This document shows, one piece after another, positions 56,007 to 64,000 of a stretch of DNA of 64,000 nucleotides. A program made the position numbers and the translations under genes. A model generated the notes under the pieces. The model did no database searches, was not told where the DNA came from, and saw only the letters and a list, made by a program, of their open reading frames with translations. Source of the stretch: Candidatus Anstonellaceae archaeon (GTDB taxonomy: Archaea > Micrarchaeota > Micrarchaeia > Anstonellales > Anstonellaceae); NCBI GenBank assembly GCA_038891055.1, contig JAWAEU010000001.1:1475-65474 (forward strand), given 5' to 3'. Numbering within the stretch: the stretch's first letter is position 1; every line of letters starts with the position of its first letter.

Positions 56007-58142
56007 TTGATGAGAAAATTATTCGTCTTAATTTTTTTTATTTTAATTATTGAAAATTTTTTTTCTTATTATAGTGTAGGAGATCCAGTAGTTGTTTATG
56101 CATCCACTAGTGGTACTTGTGGAATAAATTGCCCAAAGATAAGATTTTGGAATAGCACATCTAACACTTGGGGCCAAGAAATTGAGCTTGGGCCAGATTT
56201 GGAATTACAGAGTACTGGGGCAGCTATAAGAGAAGCCAGAGTATATATTTCTCCAAATAATCAAAAAATTTTAGTAGTCACTCAAAATGATAATGGGGAA
56301 ATAGATCTCTATGCCAGTTGGGACGCTATTAAATGGTTTCAGACCAGAAATCTAACAAAGCTTTGGACAAGTTCGCCTACCGTTCATTATAGAGGCTTTG
56401 ATTTGGCTTATGAATATAAAACAAATAATGCTATTTTGGCTTTTAGTGTAGTAAATACCTCTACTACTTGCGATGTTGGATATTATATAATACCAGCATC
56501 CAGCCTTGAAGTTAATGGTAGTTATGGCTGTATTGATGACACTACCGTATCAACTGATATTACTTCCAGGTTTGTAAGAGCAGAGGCAAAACCAAATTAC
56601 TCTTCTAGAGAAATAGTAATTGCAACAACAGAAACATCTGAAGATGACGTTAATGCATGGGTTTGGAATGGAAGTGCATGGGGAAATCAAATGGAAGTAG
56701 CAAATTCAGCAACTGCTACAGGAGACTATGAAGCGATGGATATTAAATATTCTGCAGATAATGGCAGTATTTTGATGTTTGTGGCAGGAGATGGGACTGC
56801 TGGAAATGTAAATTATGCTATTTGGAATGGAAGTAGCTGGAGCACTCCTGGTAGTTTTGATATTGACACCTCGGATTTAAATGATGTAAGATGGTTGAGA
56901 CTTGCCCCCAAACCACTCACAGCTAACTTTAGCCTAATCTCAATAGATTCTGGGTCTGATTTGGCTTATTGGTATTGGAATGGCTCTGCTTGGGGGAATA
57001 ATGTTTCAAATGTAGATGCTGCAATAGATATTGCAACCACAAGATGTGGAGATATTGCTTGGGTAAATAACTCTGTTGGCTACTTGATATGGGATACTGA
57101 TACTACAGGAACTACACTTAGTAGAAGAAATATGAGTTCAACTGGAGCACTATCTGCTGCAAGTACATTTTCAACATATGCTGGGACAGGTGCATGGCTA
57201 GATCTCTATCCAAATCCAAATCAGACACATAGGATTAAAATTTTAGGGATTAGAATGAATAACGCCTTTTCTTTAGGAAGTTTTTATTTTAATGGTACTC
57301 CTCAAACCTTTATTAATTTAGGAGATAGCTCTCTAACTACCAATACCACTGCCTCAACTACTGGCAAAAGATTTGGGGCTGATTTTTTTAAAGTTATAGA
57401 TACAGTAGGGCCAACAATAGGAACTACACAGGTAAATACGACTTCTGTCCCTGCTAATCAAAATATTTGTGTTTATGTAAATGCTACAGATCAACTGAGC
57501 GTACCTGTTAGAATAATCGAAGTTTATGTGATTTATCCAAATGGAACAGGGAGGTGGGAAACTCTCTCAGATCTTGGATGTAATGCTGGATCTTATGATG
57601 ATGGTTGGTTTGGGGCTACAATAAACGTAGGTTCAGTTCCAGGAAATCTAACTATTAATACAACCAGAGCATATGATGCCTTTTGGAATTCAAATTCTAC
57701 ATATCCCGACATAAGAGTAGAGGTTACACTTAATTTAATAGTAGACATTTCAATCTCTGCATCTACTCTTAGTTTTGGTTCCCTTGATCCTGGAACAAAC
57801 GACAATCCTGCCTCAGAAAATCCAATAACTCTAACAAACACTCCAAACAGCAATACTGCTGTGGATGTGTACTTTAGTAATACAAATATGACTACTGGAG
57901 TATATTATATGCCTGCTAATGCTCTATCAATAAACACAGTAAATAATGCTGCAACATCTACAAATTTCAATGGTTCAACTTATATCAATGGAACAGGAGC
58001 AAACCAAGGTTATATTGAAAATTTAGCAATAAATAATAATGTAAATCTTTATTTCTGGCATGATGTGCCAAGTGGGCAGAATGCAGGAACATATACTGCC
58101 ACTGTGACAATTCATGCAGTAGCAGATGGAATAACTCCATAA
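56007..58142 (+). CDS. Secreted 711-aa repeat protein (recurring W-N-G-S-(A/S)-W motif; possible beta-propeller)
   Basis: Signal peptide MMRKLFVLIFFILIIENFFS. Repeats WVWNGSAWGNQ / AIWNGSSWSTPG / YWYWNGSAWGNN. No TM anchor. Confidence 0.5.
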   Translation: MMRKLFVLIFFILIIENFFSYYSVGDPVVVYASTSGTCGINCPKIRFWNSTSNTWGQEIELGPDLELQSTGAAIREARVYISPNNQKILVVTQNDNGEIDLYASWDAIKWFQTRNLTKLWTSSPTVHYRGFDLAYEYKTNNAILAFSVVNTSTTCDVGYYIIPASSLEVNGSYGCIDDTTVSTDITSRFVRAEAKPNYSSREIVIATTETSEDDVNAWVWNGSAWGNQMEVANSATATGDYEAMDIKYSADNGSILMFVAGDGTAGNVNYAIWNGSSWSTPGSFDIDTSDLNDVRWLRLAPKPLTANFSLISIDSGSDLAYWYWNGSAWGNNVSNVDAAIDIATTRCGDIAWVNNSVGYLIWDTDTTGTTLSRRNMSSTGALSAASTFSTYAGTGAWLDLYPNPNQTHRIKILGIRMNNAFSLGSFYFNGTPQTFINLGDSSLTTNTTASTTGKRFGADFFKVIDTVGPTIGTTQVNTTSVPANQNICVYVNATDQLSVPVRIIEVYVIYPNGTGRWETLSDLGCNAGSYDDGWFGATINVGSVPGNLTINTTRAYDAFWNSNSTYPDIRVEVTLNLIVDISISASTLSFGSLDPGTNDNPASENPITLTNTPNSNTAVDVYFSNTNMTTGVYYMPANALSINTVNNAATSTNFNGSTYINGTGANQGYIENLAINNNVNLYFWHDVPSGQNAGTYTATVTIHAVADGITP

Positions 58143-58183
58143 GTTCCAAAACATTTAAAAATATAAAATTCTAAGTTAAGGAT

Positions 58184-58987
58184 ATGACCAGCATAAAGTA
58201 CAAATTAAATTTAAGCACTTTTTTTTTATTTTTTTTATTATTTTTTTATCAGTTTTATCAGGCTTTTGCCCAAAGTCCTAGGCCAATGTATGACTTTGGA
58301 TCGATGCAACAAGGAAAAACTTTTAGTGCTGAGCCTGGGGAAACCATAAATCTAAGCTTGTTTTTTTTCGTAGATAAGGAATATGGAAATAGAATAACTC
58401 ATGTTAGTTTAGATGTAAGCGAAAAACCAGAAGGATGGGATATACAACTAATCCCCCCTAAACATAAAGAATTGGTAAATGTAAGTGGAATTTTGGTTGA
58501 ATCTGAAGAAAATATTTATGTAGAACCAAGAGAGATTCTGCCTCAAAAACCACAAGTAGCTGAAGAAGGAATAAGCTATATTTTATCTCCCTCAGGTAAG
58601 GGATATTTGCAAGCAAAAGAAGTTAAGATAGTGGTAAAGGTACCACCAAATGCAAAACTTGGACAGACATATCCACTAAAAATTTCTGCTGAGGCATTTT
58701 GGTTTGGATCTGAAGGAAATATAGCTCTAAGACAGAGCAGAACATTTAGATATGAGATAAAAGTAGTTAGAAAAGAATTTAGTGAAGAGATTGTAAAACA
58801 AAAACCGCCAGTAGAGCAAGAGGAAAAACAAACCTCACCACAGTTTGATTACTACCTAATAGCAACAGTAGTTATTGTAATAGTTCTGTTAGTGTTTGCT
58901 GCATATAAAATATTTTTCTCAAAAAGCAGCAAAGAGAAAAAAACAACAACAATACAAAAAACTAAGAAGAAAAATAAGAAAAAATAA
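58184..58987 (+). CDS. Surface protein (signal peptide, beta domain, C-terminal TM + K-rich tail)
   Basis: Hydrophobic N-terminus (LSTFFLFFLLFFYQFYQAFA) and C-terminal TM YYLIATVVIVIVLLVFAAY followed by KKTTTIQKTKKKNKKK. Confidence 0.5.
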   Translation: MTSIKYKLNLSTFFLFFLLFFYQFYQAFAQSPRPMYDFGSMQQGKTFSAEPGETINLSLFFFVDKEYGNRITHVSLDVSEKPEGWDIQLIPPKHKELVNVSGILVESEENIYVEPREILPQKPQVAEEGISYILSPSGKGYLQAKEVKIVVKVPPNAKLGQTYPLKISAEAFWFGSEGNIALRQSRTFRYEIKVVRKEFSEEIVKQKPPVEQEEKQTSPQFDYYLIATVVIVIVLLVFAAYKIFFSKSSKEKKTTTIQKTKKKNKKK

Positions 58988-59028
58988 AAGGTAGTAAAAG
59001 TGGATAAAAAAAATTTAGGTGAAAAATC

Positions 59029-60816
59029 TTGCAAAAAACCTTTTTATTTATTTTTTTATTTGTTTTTTTTAGTTTTATTCATTTAACTTTTTGCCCACCA
59101 GTAGAACAACAAAATTTTGTTTTGAATGCTTTTTTAGAAGTTTTGGAAAAATCAAATATTATAATTAAAAATTTTTCTCTCAGTCAAACTAAAATTTATA
59201 TTGATAGCCAAGAGCCAGTTGAATTTTATATTCAAATTCAAAATATTGGAAATAAAATAGAAACTATTTCGTCTAAAATCGACATTTATTATTATTACAA
59301 CCATAGCTATGTAAAAACCATAGAGATAGAAAACAGTAGTTTGATAGGCGGAGAAGAAGAAATAAAAGTAGTTAATTTTGAGTATGGAGATTTGCAAGAA
59401 GCAAAATATAGTGCTACTTTAACTATAACTTATGGGGGAACAACAAAAAACTCTACCATAGATTTTGAAGCTGTTAGAAGGCAACAGCAAAACATACAAA
59501 GAGAGGAGGTAAGCGGAGGAAGTGGAGGCGGAGAAATAAAGGTGAGATATAGCCCAACCGTCCCAAAAATAGAGCAAAAAAGTACTATTTTTACACAAGG
59601 TATTGGTCTTTTAAAAAATACTTATTTTAGCCAAGTATACCAAAACGAAAGAGGCTACTTTATACTTACAATAGAAAACCAAAACTTAGAAGAAAAAATA
59701 ATTAAAATAAAATACCCCCAAACTGATGAATTTATTTTTAGTGGTCCAAAAGAAATTGTAGTTGAACCTAAAAGTAATTTGACTATTTTAGTAGGGTTTG
59801 AACCAAAGGAAGCAAAAAAAGAAGGTTATTATGTATTTGATATTGGCTTAGAAGTTGAAAATAGTAGTACAATACAAACATATGCTATAAATTTACTTAA
59901 GGCAGAACAAAAACCAATTTTAATAAAAAGAAATATTGTCATAGATAGGGCAACAAATCAAACAATAGTTTATTTAGAGCTAAAAAATCAACTAAATACA
60001 AAGATTTCTTATTTGGAAATATACGAAAGAGTACCAACTAAATTGTTTGAAAAAATCGAACAGGGGGGTTATAGTGGAAAAAATAGTGTTTTTCCAGCCA
60101 CTCTGTGGTTTGGAATAAAAGATATCTATCCACAAGAATCTCAAATAATAAGTTATAAAATAAATACACTTCTAAGCGATTTGGAGGATTGCACTAAATT
60201 TTCTGTGATGCAAGTTTCCATCTATCAGCCTTCTCAAAAAACTTCTATTTATAGTAGTTTGGAAAAAATAATTTTTAGTCAAACAAAAAATTTGATATTT
60301 AGAGAGGCTGGTAGCCAAACTCTAACTTTTGAACTTCTTAACAACGATTTAAAACAAAAATTAATAGAAATAACAATTAAACTTCCTACTGGTTGGACAA
60401 CAAACAACCCAAAATTAAAAATTTTTCTAGAGCCAAGAAAAAAAACTACTCTGGAAGTGCTGATTTTTAGCCCACAAAAATTAGAGACAGGACAGTATAT
60501 AGGTAATATAGAGATAAGCAGCGAGGATGAAAAAAAAGAAAAAGAATTTGTGATAAATGTAGAGAGCGGATTGTCTGGTCAACAAGTTATTCAATACATC
60601 TACATTCAAAAGCCCCTTGAGCTATACTTAGAGGAAATAAAGGAAAAAATAGTTATTATGAAAGACGCAATATTTTTCCTCACTACCATTAGCTTATTTG
60701 TTTTAATTTATATAATATTGCACAAAAAACAAAAAGAAACAGAATTTGCTGCTATTTCGTACAGTGAGCTTGAAAAATTAAAAGAGAGTATAAAAAGAGA
60801 GATAAGACTACCATAA
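59029..60816 (+). CDS. Surface protein, 595 aa (signal peptide, repeated beta domains, C-terminal TM)
   Basis: MQKTFLFIFLFVFFSFIHLTFC and a C-terminal TM (FFLTTISLFVLIYIIL). Domain style resembles 58184-58987 and 19868-21346. Confidence 0.5.
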   Translation: MQKTFLFIFLFVFFSFIHLTFCPPVEQQNFVLNAFLEVLEKSNIIIKNFSLSQTKIYIDSQEPVEFYIQIQNIGNKIETISSKIDIYYYYNHSYVKTIEIENSSLIGGEEEIKVVNFEYGDLQEAKYSATLTITYGGTTKNSTIDFEAVRRQQQNIQREEVSGGSGGGEIKVRYSPTVPKIEQKSTIFTQGIGLLKNTYFSQVYQNERGYFILTIENQNLEEKIIKIKYPQTDEFIFSGPKEIVVEPKSNLTILVGFEPKEAKKEGYYVFDIGLEVENSSTIQTYAINLLKAEQKPILIKRNIVIDRATNQTIVYLELKNQLNTKISYLEIYERVPTKLFEKIEQGGYSGKNSVFPATLWFGIKDIYPQESQIISYKINTLLSDLEDCTKFSVMQVSIYQPSQKTSIYSSLEKIIFSQTKNLIFREAGSQTLTFELLNNDLKQKLIEITIKLPTGWTTNNPKLKIFLEPRKKTTLEVLIFSPQKLETGQYIGNIEISSEDEKKEKEFVINVESGLSGQQVIQYIYIQKPLELYLEEIKEKIVIMKDAIFFLTTISLFVLIYIILHKKQKETEFAAISYSELEKLKESIKREIRLP

Positions 60817-61001
60817 AAATAATACCAAAAAATTTAAATATCTTTGTATACAAAATATAATGCACTAATACTTAGAATATTTTTTCTAAGATGGGATTTG
60901 GGCTTCTGCTCAAATCGACTTAGAGCACTCTTTGGAGTTCAAATGGGGACAGAAAAGAGTGGTGCAAAACCAAATCTTAGTCGGCCAAAATACCAGCAGT
61001 G

Positions 61002-62528
<1,527 letters not shown>

Positions 62529-62717
62529 AAGCTTTGGAGATGTTTGTGCAAGGCCTTTTTCTGTCCTTGGAATAAATCCAAAGAGTGCTCTGCTTTATCT
62601 ATTTTTGATAAAAAGTCGCGCATCTCCCCTGAACCATGCCAAAAAATCGATGAGTTGCAATTTTTTAAGATAACTTTAAATACTTTTCCGTCGTAAATAA
62701 TATGTAAAAAATTCACG

Positions 62718-63093
62718 GTTAAAAAAGACCTATAGTAGGATTGTGACTTGGGGGGTATATTCTACACCCTCACGGTACCAACCGTTAAAAAAGACCTATA
62801 GTAGGATTGTGACCTCAGAAATGATAGCATAATACTTCAAATATTGAAATAAGTTAAAAAAGACCTATAGTAGGATTGTGACTATGGCCTATACTGGAAG
62901 GCTACAAGATCCCGATACCAAGTTAAAAAAGACCTATAGTAGGATTGTGACCCCAATATCCTCCACCCCCTGTTAGTTTCATTTTTTTCAGTTAAAAAAG
63001 ACCTATAGTAGGATTGTGACGCTAAGAAATTGTGATGCATGGTTATATTTTTTCATAAATTCAGTTAAAAAAGACCTATAGTAGGATTGTTAG
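62718..63093 (+). CRISPR. CRISPR array with 6 repeats and 5 spacers; 30-nt repeat GTTAAAAAAGACCTATAGTAGGATTGTGAC
   Basis: Repeats begin at 62718, 62784, 62853, 62922, 62991 and 63064. Spacers are 36, 39, 39, 39 and 43 nt, all unique. The last repeat is degenerate at its 3' end (…GATTGTTAG), so the AT-rich leader is on the 16S-proximal side (62591-62717). Confidence 0.9.
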
Positions 63094-63150
63094 CTAGAGG
63101 ATAGGCTAAGGCTTTTTCAATAAAAAACTCTGAATTAAGAAAAAGTTAAT

Positions 63151-63759
63151 TTATAAAGCAGCTAATTTTCCAGCATCTGTTAGTTTTACACCATCATCTA
63201 AAACTAAAAAATCTCTTTTTTTTAGTTCATCGATTATTTTGTATAACATTGGGGTTGAGAGGTTTAATTTTTTTGCTAAATCTTTTACTGAAACTTCCTT
63301 TCCTTCTAATTTAGATAGTTCTACTAATGTTTGTTTTTCAGAAGTAGAGAGATAAAAAGAGAGTTTTGGTAAATATAAAATAGAATTATCCTCTTCTTTT
63401 ACATACAAAATCTTTTTTATCCTCTCAATTCTTGCATAACAACCAAATAAAAGACCAAGTGCTTTTGTTTTTCTTGCTGCACTTACATTTGCATAAATTT
63501 CCCAATCCTTTGGCTGAGAATCTATTACTTCTACTACTTTTTTAGCAGTATCAACTACATCATATTGTTTTACAAAATATTCCTCAATTTTTATAACTGA
63601 AGAAAGAACACTTTTTAGTGTTTTTAGAGAGTCTTTTAATTTTGCATCTGGTGTTTCATCTATTAATAAAATTAGTTTATCTGGACCAAGCTTAGTTACA
63701 CTAACCATAACTGGTTCATATTTATATAAGGTGGCAATTAGAACTTTTTTTCTGTCCAT
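63151..63759 (-). CDS. Csa3-like CRISPR-associated regulator (CARF domain + C-terminal winged HTH)
   Basis: N-terminus KVLIATLYKYEPVMVSVTKLGPDKLILLIDETP resembles the Csa3/CARF Rossmann start (…VTLGFDEKF…). C-terminus …LVELSKLEGKEVSVKDLAKKLNLSTPMLYKIIDELKKRDFLVLDDG is a MarR-like wHTH. Lies 57 nt from the distal end of the array. Confidence 0.45.
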   Translation of the reverse strand: MDRKKVLIATLYKYEPVMVSVTKLGPDKLILLIDETPDAKLKDSLKTLKSVLSSVIKIEEYFVKQYDVVDTAKKVVEVIDSQPKDWEIYANVSAARKTKALGLLFGCYARIERIKKILYVKEEDNSILYLPKLSFYLSTSEKQTLVELSKLEGKEVSVKDLAKKLNLSTPMLYKIIDELKKRDFLVLDDGVKLTDAGKLAAL

Positions 63760-64000
63760 ATAAAAAACTCACTTTTTTCAATATAAATTATACAAAAAAA
63801 TATTTAAATGATTTGGATAAATTTTGTTTTTATAAAAATATAAAAAAATTAAATAAAAAGTAGAAAAGTAAAAATTGATATAAAAGCTTACGAAAAAATA
63901 GATTTATAAATTTTTTTGATAAAATTATAAATAAATAGAATGAAACAAAAAAAATAAGGATTGAAAAAAATGTTTGTAAGGTATAAATTAATGTTCAAGA

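Noticed and set aside
62591-62717. Looked for the tRNA-Ala usually found in archaeal 16S-23S spacers, and for box C/D sRNA motifs, downstream of the 16S
   Set aside because: No cloverleaf-capable GC-rich segment is present. The region is uniformly AT-rich and is better explained as the CRISPR leader. CGATGAG is not a proper C box (RUGAUGA) with a matching D box.

Overview
This is a 64 kb window from an AT-rich genome (roughly 28-30% GC in coding sequence), most likely a small-genome DPANN-like archaeon. The call rests on RadA, aIF5B, L7Ae/S28e/L24e, a Nop-domain protein, class III signal-peptide pilins, DUF359 dephospho-CoA kinase, archaeal-type GlyRS and an intron-containing tRNA; the phylum is my inference, not a computed placement. 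The window is gene-dense on both strands with lysine-rich proteins. Housekeeping genes include ftsZ, radA, purA, ndk, GlyRS, aIF5B, dcd, a phosphohexomutase, a Dus enzyme, a rhomboid protease, a Nudix hydrolase and a PfkB kinase. There are many signal-peptide/TM-anchored surface proteins with dense N-glycosylation sequons, a five-gene MacB/FtsX-type ABC operon, and four paralogous type IV pilin-like genes, three of them in tandem. Stable-RNA genes stand out as GC-rich islands and are all unlinked: a 5S rRNA directly downstream of the L7Ae-S28e-L24e-ndk operon, a 23S rRNA on the minus strand, and a 16S rRNA about 8 kb away on the plus strand. I also call tRNA-Thr(GGT), tRNA-Pro(TGG), a tRNA-Met/Ile2(CAT) with a ~57-nt canonical intron, and a minimal ~216-nt RNase P RNA candidate. 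Four observations stand out. The 16S gene carries a 31-nt hairpin insertion inside the universally conserved 515F/530-loop sequence. A 6-repeat CRISPR array sits about 120 nt downstream of the 16S 3' processing stem in the same orientation, with a Csa3-like CARF-wHTH gene beside it and no cas genes in the window. A lytic-transglycosylase (SLT/GH23)-like protein has no signal peptide. A LemA gene fragment lacks its N-terminus. RNA and CRISPR coordinates were derived by hand and may be off by 1-2 nt. No database searches could be run; all calls rest on motifs read from the sequence.
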